This document shows positions 12,770 to 25,700 of a DNA stretch of 64,000 nucleotides, one piece after another (positions within the stretch are counted from its first letter, which is position 1; each line of letters opens with the position of its first letter). Under the pieces are notes generated by a model, which ran no database searches, had not been told where the DNA came from, and was given only the letters and a program-made list of their open reading frames with translations. The position numbers and the translations under genes were made by a program. The stretch is from Raillietiella orientalis. Lineage: Eukaryota. The stretch lies in the NCBI GenBank assembly GCA_036172245.1, contig JAYWIR010000034.1, forward strand, positions 682,001 through 746,000, read 5' to 3'.

Positions 12770-13990
12770 CAGTCAGGAACTCCCCCCTGACTTCCATAGT
12801 GACATGCAAGTGGTGTATTTTCGCAGCGAGCGTTCCCTTCACGCTGAGAGGACCTGAGGGAAGTGTGTCGGGAGCTGGAAGAGTTGGTAAAGGGAGCTAC
12901 GCACGTGTCCGACGAGAGGAACGAGGCTTTGTGGTTAAGGCTTCCGCGCGTGACACCATGCGTCGCGGGTTCGAATACTCCGTCAAAAGCTGACGCCGCT
13001 GAGTCGTTAGGTTCTGAGTTTCTCCTGCAATGGCGCTGGCTGGCCGAAACATTCAGGCGTGGCACCGGTAGCGCTTAAGACTGGAGGCCCCCGATGAAGG
13101 CCGGAACAATGGGAAACTGACCTTCGGATCTTCCCAGGAATAAAGGAGTGGGGAGTTACCCCTCCTGTCGTGCAATGGAGAGCTCACCCCCCTCACCGGA
13201 GGACCTCTCCGGTTTCAAGATGGAGCAGGAGCCCTCACGGGCACCTCTCCAGTTGTTCGAAGGAGTGGGTCCCCCCTGTTGCGGGGGTCCCTCCGAGTCG
13301 TCGCCTCTCCTGAAGAGTGCAAGGAAGCAAGCGAAAGCGATCTCCCTGCGGGAAGCAGCAGCACCCCTTCTGAGTTTCGGAAGCGTCCCTTTGGGGTTCT
13401 CTTAAGAGTGAAAAGGAGCGATTCCCTTACGTGTTCTCTCCGGAGGAGAAATTCCTACTAGCGGATCCTTTCCTGGTTCCCTTCGGAAAAGACGAAATGA
13501 AGAGGACCGCCTCCTTTCCGGGGGGTTCCTCCGGAGAGAACGAGGAATGAGATTCCCTTCGGAGACAACCAGGGTGGGAAGTGCCACCCCCTTCACAAAC
13601 GTGAGAGGAACGGACTCCGAGCCTTCCTGGATTCCATAGGGTGGACCCCATTCCGGGGTGCCCCTATCTTGAAGAATTGCACGCACCCTCCGCGGATGGC
13701 GTGGAACAGCGTTAAAGAGCCACGTGCGCCGCGAAGCACGCGACCGGCTCTTGAGGTACTTAACGAACGAGAGAAACGACAACAAAAATATCAAATACCA
13801 AGATCGAGTGGGCCACAGGAGATGATGATGACGTTTTCTGAGGAACCAGATCCACGCAACCAAGCGAGACTGTAGCTCAGATAGGAACTGAGTCATCTCC
13901 AGAGAAACTGCAGGCGAATCACTCGTGGATCATTTGGTTCTTCATCTGACTGGAACCGATCCACACGCCGTGACAGAACTGCCTGCTTCA
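12770..13990 (+). pseudogene. Broken copy C of the unidentified gene family
   Basis: 5' block homologous to copy B; repeat block at 13370-13560; downstream RIARTLRGWRGTALKSHV matches IMHTLGWHGLSLKSFM of copy D. Stops are present. Confidence 0.55.
13370..13560 (+). repeat. Degenerate ~42-bp tandem repeat (copy C)
   Basis: ggaagcgtccctttggggttctc / ggagaaattcctactagcggatcctttcctggttcccttcggaaaa units, similar to 14955-15450. Confidence 0.65.
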
Positions 13991-14739
13991 TCCAACGTGA
14001 GACGTACGATGAGAGATGCGTGAAACATGCTTTCAGAAACCTCCTAAATCGACTCCTATCCTTGTGAATGGGAATTATAAAGTCCTTGGGCGAATAGCCT
14101 TATTTTCAGCATGAGTGAACCGGCCGGCTTGTTGGACCGGCTTCTTGGACCCACGAGCGCGAGTTAATGGTGGGCACTTTCAAAGCTTCACTTTTGGAGA
14201 GCGGACTTTTGATGGATAAGAGGCGAAGAATGTGCGCCTGTTTCCTTAGAGAAATGTGTTCCAATCACAACCGGTTGTCAAGCATCATAAAGGGCTTCTT
14301 GGTATCCACTGATGAAGGATACCGACCACAGCGACAACCTCAAATGAAGAGCACTTACCCCTAGTGTTCTTTCTAGCGAAAATGAGGGAATGTTTTTCCT
14401 CTTACAGGATGGTTCGAGAAAGACTCAAGTTTTGAGGTGCTATCTTCAAAGGCACCATTCCTTGGGCATTTCAACGTTTCTTTCTGCCGCTGAGTGAGAA
14501 CTTTAGGCGGTTCTTGTTGCGTGGGTGTGGGCGTGCGAGCCAAAGAAAGGAACAGAGACAGTAAGGGAGCGACTCTGAGGGATCGATGCACAGTGGCGTC
14601 CGACTGCATGAAGCTGCTCACGGCACTGGATAGCCCGATAAGAGGAATCCGTCCCAAGTAATAAAAGTGAATTTTATTATTTTATGATGCAATCTTCATA
14701 TTCTTCTCCATCCTACTCAGTTCGTGTTCCCTGAGTATG

Positions 14740-15700
14740 CCAGCGTTTCCAGGCTCCTTGCACTTCCATGTCGGTTGTCACGCTACCCAAAAGCTTGCAG
14801 CTAAATGCTTCCCTCATCTCCACTGAAATTATGCAAATTATCGATGCCCCCATCCATAAAGTTGTCTCGTAGGCAACAAAGAACACAGCAGATTCCATCA
14901 GACTAAACAGGGAGTTTCCTAATAAGAACCTGCCTTGTAAGAAGCGCGCGGCACTCTTCGGGGAGCGCCCTTCGGAGAAATTTGGAAGCGTTCCTTCGGG
15001 TTTCTCGTCAGAGGAGAAAACGAGGAGCGAATCCTTTCCGGGGGGGGGTCCTCTGTAGAAGAAATTCCAGGAGCAGATCCTTTCCGGTATCCCTTCGGAG
15101 AAGAAATGAAGAGAGGCCACCTTTCCAGGTGGCCATTCCGGAAGGAATAAAGAAGGTCCCTTCGGGATTCCCATCCCAGGCACGAGAAGAACGGACCCCT
15201 TCTTCCAGAGACTTGTTTCGCTGCTCCCTTTGGGAAGCGCCGTTCAGAGAAATTTGGAAGCGTCCCTTCGAGGATCCTTCAGAGAAGGAAGCAAGGAGCG
15301 GTTCCCTTTGTGGGTTCCCTCCAGAAAAGAAATTCAGGAGCGGATCCTTTCCCCATGTTCTATTCGGAAAAGAAACGAGGAGTAGCCTCCAACGGAAGAT
15401 TCCTTTGGATAGAATGGGGAAGACGTTCTCTTCAGGGCTCCCTTCGTCTCACGGAGACAACCAGAGCGACAAACCCGACTTTGAGTTCCCAACAAAGCGT
15501 GCTAGGAACGACCTCCTTCTTCTGGAGTCTTTCTGAATTCATAGAATGGCTCCTCCGGGGTCAACCCCCCTAATTTCAGGAATCATGCACACCCTCGGGT
15601 GGCATGGACTGAGTTTAAAGAGCTTCATGAGCCTCCTCGAAGGAGGCTAACGGCTCTTCAGCATTCCCTGAGAACCAAAAGACAGGGAAAAAAAGCTGGA
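14740..15700 (+). pseudogene. Broken copy D of the unidentified gene family (longest repeat block)
   Basis: ORF 14982-15536 contains PSEKEARSGSLCGF/PPEKKFRSGSFPHV repeats; the downstream ggagacaaccag...gcacaccctcgggtggcatgga...ttaaagagc aligns with 13561-13720. Confidence 0.55.
14955..15450 (+). repeat. Degenerate ~42-bp tandem repeat with an internal higher-order duplication
   Basis: Recurrent gaaattc(c)aggagc(a/g)gatcctttcc units; gagcgcccttcggagaaatttggaagcg (~14963) recurs as aagcgccgttcagagaaatttggaagcg (~15235). Confidence 0.75.
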
Positions 15701-18700
15701 AGAAAAGCAGCAAAACTGGAAGAACCGAAAGAGTTTTCCATCATTCTAGGCTAATAGTAAAGATCTTTCCGTAAGGTTGCTACTGCCTTTTTTAAAAGAA
15801 AAATCCTCAGCTGAAGAAACTCTCAGCCCAATCTATTTCAGCTTTAGAGATTTTCCCTACTAATTTTTGGCATCTGAATCTTCCCTTCCGATTGGCATGC
15901 GATCCATTTCCCGGTTATGCTGACGCGTGATGGAAAAATTGGTCAGAGTCACCAAGGCCAAACACACGGTCGATACCTGGTTGTAAATTGAAACTTCCTT
16001 TCAGCCGGTGAAGCAACTTCAGACCGGAGCTTCCGCACCTGATTTTCGGCGTTCGCCTCACTCCCCCCGTGAGCCCGTCTTCAAGAGAGTCACCATTTGA
16101 CGACTCTTCTCGCTGACCTCAGGCGTGCGGAGTAAACAAAAATACGGTTCATGACTCTTGGAGAAAGCGTTAGTCTTCGGCGTAGGCGGAAGATGGAAGT
16201 GCCACCAGGGAACGCTGTCTCCGTCCGTCGGAGAGCTGTCCCACCCAGCACCATCCGAAAGCGGTGGACGAGATGGCGCTCCGTCGTATGGGTACGCAGC
16301 TAATAAGCAAACCTCCAAAAAGACAGGAAGTTCCGACCAATTCACATAGCAGACTGGGATGTGGTGGCATTGCATGCACAAGGAATCGTGTGATTTTGGA
16401 AAGGAGACATGGACTAAGTCCTAGGATTTCGGAGCTTTTCGGAAGAAAAGTTCGGTTCTGCAAAGTAAATGGAATTAATTTGCAAAATTCAGTTAAAATT
16501 AGAAGATGGAGCACGGAACAGTTGCGTCCCACTTCGAAATTAAAGGGCGTTTGGCGCTTGTGTTCCATTTCAATCGCGGATTCCCAAAAATGAGGTGGAA
16601 GGGAAGGGGATTTAATTGGAAATGCAATCTCCGGAAAAGGTTGTAGAATTTTTAGAGGTTCCCCCCATCCCCCCGAAAAATTCTTCTGCAAGTGAAACAG
16701 CAGGATAGATGAGATTAATGGATGGTGTGTGCGATGTATTCTTGAGAGCAATCAACTGTTCGACGAATAAAACGAATCGATCCTTCTGAAGTTTTCTGCG
16801 TTCAGATATTCCAGGTGGTCTTCTGCCACGGATGTTTAAAAGCAATCAGCAAATCCTTCGCTTTATCAGAGGTCCGCAGCAGGGAATTCGGAGGATCATT
16901 ATTTCTCTCCCAACGAAAAAGCAAAAGAAAATTCTATCTGCCGAACTCCGAAACGGATGCTGTGCACTCGGCACTACAAATGCGAGGGAGAGTTTGATCA
17001 AACTGTGGCAAAAGATTTGCAAATAATCAGATTGAAAGGAAACCCAGGGCTGACAAAGTGCTCCGGAAGCAAGATTCAGAAACTGTGAATCTTTTCGACA
17101 AAGATGCCTTCCACTCCAAGAGAATCCCCTCGCTAGAAATCCTGAGTATGATTCCGATCCGCCTCATCTCTTCAAGTGTCAGAAGAGACTTCTTAGATAG
17201 AAAACACCAATCGAATGTTTAAGAAGATGCCACGGTAATTGAATTGCCGCCATGTGCCAATCGTTCTCCTCCTTAAGAGAGAGAGAAAGATAAGGAAGAC
17301 GAAGAAAAAAAAGCCATCCTACTCGCCTGCTTTCGGTACCACGAGGCCATCGTCTGCTCTGTAATACAAAGACAATGCCGCCGACCTGAATGAAACCCTC
17401 TCGCGCTGCTTTCCGGCATCATAACCGGAGAGATGATACTGTTGGAAACGTGATTTACCGGAAGTTCCGTGGAAGTCCGTGAAGATTGAGCTGTGCAAGC
17501 TACACGAGATGCTCTTTCCGAGTCTTTCGTGCCAGAGTCATCCCACAAGCAGGAATTCCGTTCGTACTCTGAAATGCATTTAGAAAACTGCTGTGGGATG
17601 CCATGGAAACGCAGATTTCCTTGCTTACATACATATTCGTCTGAAGCTGAAAGTTCGCTTCTGCCCTCTCCGTCGCACAAAGTCCACGTTGTTCTCATCA
17701 CCGTTCCTCACAATCGTACCGATTCCCTTCCTCCCCTTCTCCTTCCCCGGTCAATCCAGAAACATCCTGAGGGAAGTTGCCCGTGAAATGTAGGCCTGCC
17801 GATGCCGTTGGGATTTGAGTACAGGCGAATCAATCAGCAGGGTGAATCGGAAACTGCAAAAAAAAAAAACAATCAAAAAAATGCCCCAGCACCCTTATCC
17901 TTTCAGTCTCTCTGGTCCTCTCTGATTCCCATCTAACGCTATATTTTTTCCCTCATGTTCGTCTGATTTTCTTTATCTGCAGGCTGGAAATCGTCCTGTT
18001 TGGAGGTCACTGTTGGCGTAACGAGGGAGAAACCACTGTTTTTTTGTGTGTGCTTTTGTCCATATTGATAACAGAAGAGCAAAGGTTGCGGAAAAAGGTG
18101 AGCTCTGCTGAGCCTTTTGTCTTTTGCACTGCTAAGTTCCGCGCAGCCTCTTCGCATCCCAAGATCTCTCTTGAATCTTCAACGAGATGAATAAGTGGAA
18201 TGATTTGAGATGCTTCGAATGATAAGCCCAAGGAGCTTAGGGATCGAATTGCTGGGGAAGGGAAGCGGAGAAGGGAGCATGGGAAGGAATGGCTCCATGA
18301 TTAGACAACAGCGCACTATATGAATCTTTTCGGTAGGAGTTGTTTTTGCGCCGGTGACTCGGTTGTATTCGAAATGTGGGGAGCTGCTTGGACGACCATT
18401 GTCTTTCCGGGCTTCTTCGAAGAAACGTCACAGCCTACAGGGCTCGCAATGCTTCTCGTCGCGCGCTTGCGGCAGCAGTGTTTCCACCGTCATCTCTGGA
18501 AGACATCGCCTCTCTCGTCTCCCCTTTCCTTATCCTCAGCCGCTGAGACTGGCCGAGGTGTCTGGTCTTCTGTGCCATTTCCTTCTGGACGAGTCCGTCC
18601 TTTGGTGAGTCACCTGTCGGCCAAGAGACCCCGCCGCAAGCGGATGCGAGTCTAAGAGGTGGGGGTTGGGGGTCCGGGAACGAGAATCCGACAGCCAAAG

Positions 18701-19563
18701 GACGTCCATCCCCGGAGAAGACACCGAAAACTAGGAACGGATCCATTCGAGCGAAATCCACGGCAGAGCCGATGGCGTCCGTTCGTCCGAACGGACCTGC
18801 TCGTAGGAACTTCGTTCCGAGCAATCTGCGTTGTTAGAACTCATCCGGAGGCTGAGGATTTTGAGCGAAGGAAGGGGGGACCTCAAATTGGGATGCTTGC
18901 GAGCTGAAGGGATGGGTAGCATGCGAGTCTTGACGAAACAGCCGCTGGAGTGGGCGTGACCCACTTTGTGGTTGCAACAGTTTCCGCAGGATAGAGCATG
19001 GCTGGAGATGCCTCGAGACGCAGCAAGAGTGAAATCGATCTTCCTCTCGCATCTCCCAACCTTCCTGAGATCTGTTCTCTACCCGCGAGACACACGGTAC
19101 CTGCCTCAGAGAGAATACCAAACAAGAAAGACTACAAATCAGCCACGTGGAAAGTCTGGAGGAGGAAGGGTCTTTAGGAGAACTTGCAAAGTTACTGTTC
19201 ACAGACAGCTGTTTTATGCAGTTGCCCGGGTTCTCTTCATCGGATGAAGGCTTCCGAAACTTTATCGTGGAGATTCTAGGACCCTAGGTCTTATTTTCCT
19301 TCGTCCTGCTACGGGATACCTGTACCTTCCTGTGCTCCATCTTCTTCCGCGGGTGTCGTTAAGTTCCGTCGATGCCCTTTTGATTCCTTATTGTTAAAAA
19401 TCCTTGATTATTTTTATTAATAGTTTGTTATCATCCTCGCAATTTTCATTTGTGATTGTTTACTAACAGTGAGTGAGGAAAACTTGCACATCACGATGAC
19501 AAGTAGGTCATCAACGCAATCATGAATAAAATTGTCTGATTAAATAAAGCGTAAGCGTAGATG

Positions 19564-20449
19564 TCACTCTAAGTGAAATCTGCGTTTGTGGTTTCGGTGG
19601 GAAACACTGAAAGCAGAGGGATGGCGTAAAGACGAGATTGAAGAACTGGCCAGAGCACACCTGGCCTTTCCGCACCTTATTCCATGGATGGTGATAGCCG
19701 TTTCGAATCTAAAGATCCACGACACAAGCGCAGACATGCAGCTCTCAACTAGCAATGGATGCACGCATACTAATGAAGGACTAGGAAAGAATCCTTGAAA
19801 AATGTATTACATCTCTTAGCCGAGGCGTGATCTCTATAGGCGAAAAGTGTGCCTCCCGGGTGAAATCCTTTAGTTTTCAGCTTCATATGTAGCGGATATG
19901 TAGCGATGGGAAGCATGCAACAACCGGAAACGAACTGGTCTGTGTTACTCTGGAGTCGGCCGAAGGAACAGAGGGCCCTGACCACCTGCGCAAGCGACTT
20001 CGTCAGTTGCTGTTCGCCCAGAATCGCATCGTACGATAGAAACGCCACGTCTTGAAGAACGAACTTTCCGTGACTGAGAAGCTTCGTTTGTGGCCTCTTT
20101 CAGAGATAAATTCAGTCTCTCCCGTCCCTGTTGCGGTTTCTTCCTCCAGGAAAAATTTATGAAACTGGAGGCACCTGAGAAAGAATTGAGACACCACTAG
20201 TTTCCTTAAAGCCGCTGCTGCGAATTCTTCCGAATTCAGATTTCCAGTTGGATTGCGGGACAATTCTGAGCACCATTGCTGGGATCTCGGTGTTGATTTA
20301 CAAACTTTCTTCAATGCAACATCCAAGGTCGAGCAGAGGCGACAACCATCTCTGAACCAAAGTGAGAAAATAAACTTACGCCATCCAGGGGTAGCCACAG
20401 ATCGGAGTTGCTGAAGGCATTTTCGTAGAAGCAACAGCCTCGTGATCAA
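19564..20449 (-). mobile_element. Inactive tyrosine recombinase (DIRS/Ngaro- or Crypton-type) remnant
   Basis: Three frameshifted ORFs in recombinase order: WCSELSRNP..LRCLQFHKFF (core-binding-like), AFLSYDAILGEQQL..MKLKTKGFHPG (box I and KT-like) and ITIHGIRCGKA..LRHPSAFSVSHR (HxxR box). The catalytic Arg and Tyr positions appear substituted. Confidence 0.55.
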
Positions 20450-22780
20450 GCGAGATATGTATTTATTCTCTAGTTACTAGCTAGGTCCCTCCAACAGGCA
20501 GCTCCTTCACAATGGAGCGGAGCTTTGATCACTATCTACTACGCCTAAGCCCTAGGAACCACAAGCATAGGAAGAAAGAACTATTTCAGAGTATTGCCTT
20601 TATAAGGTTGGCAGAGCTTGTTTCTAGTATAAGGATAGGTCAACTGCCCCATTCGTAATACTATGAAGGATGATATTCAAATCGCGAGAAACATGACCAC
20701 CGCCAGAATCTATTGTGATTCTTGACTCTATAATTTTCCTCATCTGGAGACGATTGATCTTTCATTTCAGCACCGAAGAATGTTTGGATGAGTATCAGCT
20801 CATCCTCGAGGGTGTGATATCTGACTAGTGACACAGCACTCACTCATGCGGTGCTCTGAGATACTGCTCATCTTCCAAAGTTGTTGATGAACTCCTCTTG
20901 GAAGTTACATGAACGCAGGTATCTTGACACCTATTTGCAGCTATGAACGATTTACTCCACAGCAATTTTGCACTTTTAACAATATCGTGATTTTCTACCC
21001 GAACATTCCTAGGGAATTGCTGCTTCAGGTTGTTGTTGTGCGCTGTTCTAAGAGTCGCACGTAGGTTACTAGCTGCTGGAACACCTCAACACCGAGCGCA
21101 TGCCTCAACAGTTTAAGAATATAAAGTTTATTTTTAGGACTTGAATTCACTAACCCACGATGCACATATCTCATGTATTGATGCATGGTAGCATGCCTAG
21201 ATTTCTCTTCAGCTTCCAAACCCTAGCGAGCTCCGCATGACTCTCAAAACGAAATTCGTTATCATGAGAGCGAACGAATCTTGTCGCAAGGAAAACTTTC
21301 CGTCTCCCACGAGCTGTCTCCTTTCCTTTACCAGAAATACCTGGGCAAGAAAAATTAGATTTCAGAATTCACGAATTTGCTTTGCTAACAGCTGAAAGAA
21401 TTCAAATGCTGATATTCGAATGCACTTTTGCAGCACGCATTTGTATCAGCACCTCCCTCCTATCGGTTTGCCGCATTCAGCTTAGCAGTATGCGGAAGCT
21501 CTTATATATATTTTCGTCCTGCAGAAATTTCTGGATTGATACGCTCTGATTCAATACATTCCACGACTTCCGTAGATGCTTCCATCATGAGGACATACAG
21601 GCACGGATAACGCAGCTTGTTACAGAGGCAAATGTGAAACATTGGATTCCTGCTGCTCCTGCATTCACTCTACGAATATCGTATTCATTCCCATTCTTAA
21701 CAAATGTATGTTATGGAATATTCTGGATATCATCCATTTCGAGTGATCTGCCAACACCTTGGAATTTAGCTGAATATCAGACTAACAAACAGGTATCTTA
21801 ACCTAATTTCTCAATCGCAACTTGGTAACTCCAGCATTCGCTCACTGGTTACATACATGCCTGAAGAACTCGCATTACAAAGAGCTTCGTCCTCCGCACT
21901 CTTGAAAAAACTACCTAAATCCACATACACAGGACGGAAGGAAAACCAAAGCAGGATCCCAGGCGTTCTGTTCAGTTCAGTATTTCTTCCAAAGCCAAAT
22001 AGCAATAGTTTCCAACATTAGTGTTGTGTGCATTCATACTTCAGTTTCACCATGTTTTGGAACTAAAATAAGCTCTGTTGCTTACAGCAGGATCGTGAAG
22101 TGAAAACATGTTGAAAGTCGACATGGACAACGCCAAAACAAAACAAAACCAACGCTTTGGGATTTTCGTGAACGCTGACAGTTACTCGTTTTACGACTCC
22201 TCTCGAATAACAGCATATTATTATCGATTATTAATTGAGCTGAATACTATTGTACACACTAATGTCTTGTTTCTTGTTATTTTACACGTAAAAAATCATG
22301 TCGTGCACTCTGAACACAAGAGGATGACAGAATACAATAGAACAGCACCGTATTCCTGGATTCTTTTTTGGTTCGCATCCACATATTTAAACTTCATAAC
22401 ATTACGCAAAGTCTGAAATAAAATAACTAGTTTTTAATGACAGCTGTAAGGTGGATGAGAAATAGTGATCAGTAAGCTGCATCCAAACATTCGATTCATT
22501 GATATGATGCGCATATCTTTGCTCTTAACCTCATCGTATACAGGAATACAAGTCTAAAGATCTGGCACGTATAAAATTGCATCCAACATGATGCAACTAA
22601 CAGCAATTCTAAAAAAAATTTGACGGGGGCTCACATTCTGCCGGGTCCGCAAATTTTCAGGATGCCGTCTGCACGCTCTATACAAATCTGGATTAGAGCT
22701 CAACCTAACTGAATTTAGGCCTTCTTCCAATTCAACCCATTAAGAGAATACGGAACGACCAGCATACGAGGTGAAGACCA

Positions 22781-25700
22781 TTAGGTTGGAGACGAAGTTT
22801 GGTAGAATGAATGGCCATTCGAGACCAGCCATTTACTACAAAGATTAGCCACTGCAGCTTGCTGAGTGCTCTGTGCCTCTTGTAAAATCTGGCAAATGTA
22901 ATCAACTGAGTTGCTCCTCATGGCTAACAAATAAGCAGACTTCAATTTTCCACACATTATGTAAGCAGTAATCTTGGACTCGTTGCAAATCAAAGCCATC
23001 AACAGATTTTCCACAATATCAGGCTGAATATGGAGGTATTCATTCTTATCTACTTGTCGACTCTTACCTTGTTAGGCAAAGCAAGAAGTAGCTGAAGGGC
23101 ACTGAGCAACAGTTTATCAATGAAGTCATTCTGGAAACTTCCACTATTTTTGATATAGTCAACCAGAATAAGAATTTCTGCAGATCGGCCTGCATCAACA
23201 AGATGAACACAGATTTGGTGGAAAGCATCAAACCGTTTCAGATGAAGTTCTTGAATTATTCTGGATAACAACTAAGTTCAGTCTCATATAGAATTTCTTC
23301 ATGACTACCTGAAAGTAACATCAAATCCATCATGAATGCTGGGTCCAGAAAGTAGTGCGATGGATGCTGCTCGAATTTGAGTGTCCGTATCCTCAAGGAC
23401 AGTGATTTCTGGTCCTGCTTCTGGAAAGTAGCGGTCCAAATGCTTTTCTAGCATTATCTGCAGATCAATCATGGTGACCATGTGATTGAGTTCCCTCAAA
23501 GAAATATGAAGGTTGTGAGGTCTTTCTTGATGGATAGGTTTGTCCAAAGGATTTTCCCGAATGCAATCCTACAACAAACTACCAATGTGCAATTCTCGAG
23601 TTTACCACCTGTAAGTGTCTGAAAGCTGTTGTCAAATGTATTAATCTCTGGCCACGTTTGATTTCCTGTCTACTCAAAGTGATGCATGTCATTGCAGCCC
23701 TCACCAAATCCTTGCAGAAAAGCTGAATGTAATACAGCGAGTGCCACATTTTCTGCCTGTCCAGAAGTTTACAGCAATGGCGGAGATAGCGCTGAATGTA
23801 CACAAACTTGGTCTTTACAAATGTATTTCAGTTATAAACACTTACCAACCATGCTACCGGCAACTGCTGTTGACCATCTTCCATCACACTCAGCAAATCA
23901 AGCAGCTTCCCTTCTTTCAACATAGGGAGAAACAGAGTGGTACAAAATATATCTGGCTCCACCTGGTGCTTTAACGTATAAAGCAAAGCTTCCCAAATTT
24001 TCTTCTGTCTAAAATAAAATGCCAGAAACTGCGCATGGCTCCCATAGGTCTTTAAGTAAAACAAGCATTCTTCAAAAATAAATGATCCCAAATCTTTGCT
24101 AGCACAGCTAAGTGATACATGGCCACAAGAAAGGCTGGTTAACGAAGACAATTGTTGCATAACAACAGAATAATACGGTGGCTTCAGCTGACTGGTTGTC
24201 TTTCCTTTACTGGTCTCAGGAATGGTAAAGCAACCTGAAGGAAGCACCAGACTCTCAAGAGTATTAAGAATATCAACAAGTAGAACAGAATCGCGTTTCT
24301 GTACTGGGCCCAAGTATTTGAAGGCGTGGGCGAATTTCACTCTTGCAGAAGTAAATTCTCCTGCTTTCAGACAATCCCTTCCCCATAGCGCCCATATTAA
24401 AGAACAGTCTAATCCAGCTTTGGTGGATGTTTCCAGAGCCAAATCCCACAATTCTTCCTTAATTAGTTGATCTCTCAATTTTTCCACATCTTTCCGAAGC
24501 CAGAAGGGCAGTTCTACACCAGGAAGTAAGTGGTGACAATTGGCATTAACCAACAGCTTCAAAATATCACATTTTGTCATTAAAGTATGGCACTTATTCA
24601 CTCCATCCCAGTTATTCTCATCACTATACGTGAGTTCAGCGCTGGCGATGAGCAGTTCGATCATAATGAGAACAACACCAAAATCGATTTCTGTAGACTT
24701 GACGCTGGGCTTCAGAAAAGTGGAAAGTTCACAGCATAAGTCTAATTTGAAAGATGCTGCCGATAGATTATCCAGGCATAAATCAAGAATCGACATGCAC
24801 AGAGAAATGCTAGGTGTATAGTCATAGCTGAATTCTTGTCTCACCAAATGGTTATGATGTTCATCCAATTTGAGCTCCCAGATAATTTTCCTGAAATCGG
24901 GCATCAAGGAACGAATTATCTGCAAATTGGTTCAACTCACCTATGCTCGTCATTACTATTATCCTCTACAGGATTAAATATGCTACCCATTCTGTCTTCA
25001 GAGTCTGTCTTTTCTAAAGATTGGATCAAAGTAAAACATGGATCACAAACTCTGACGGCCAGGGAACCGTAGCTTTTCAGCTGAAATGAGAATCATCCCA
25101 ATGAGAATTCCATGAGAATAACAATCATTCAACACGTGCGGATTACAAATTTGTCTTCATTTTGACACTTGCTTAAAGAAAACAATACTTCGACCATCTA
25201 TAATGTTAAAGATTTGATTTCTTTTAAACAAGCTCCTTTTACAAATCCGATGCAAGTACTTATAAGACACCTGTAAAAGGAAAATAAATGCGGAGAAAAT
25301 TTCAAAGGCTCGCAGGTTACTTGAAATCACGATTAAAAAAGAGTATTTCGACGTTGTAATCCCTAAAAAGAAAGTGCTCTTCAGCATTGCTGTATCATTC
25401 ATAGCACGCGAGATTTGGAAGATATGTTTCCAATCAGTTATAATTTTTACAAAAGGAACTCTCACCCTTGCCGTTGGATGTGATGACTAAAACTAATTAC
25501 GTTTCTGGGAGAAACGGAAGGATGACGTTCGTTTCACCACATAGCAGCCCTGATTGCTAAGTAAACGAGATTCTTATATTATGAAAGAATGAGAATGTTA
25601 GCCCTGGTTTCAACCCCAGAACCCTTATTTGAGTCCACAAAGAATAGCAGTGTGATGCATTGCACAAATCAACTGCAGCGGCCATTGTACATATAAGAGC

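Noticed and set aside
14955..15450. ~42-bp repeats considered as a CRISPR-like array
   Set aside because: Units are contiguous and degenerate with no unique spacers, there are no cas genes, and the context is eukaryotic.
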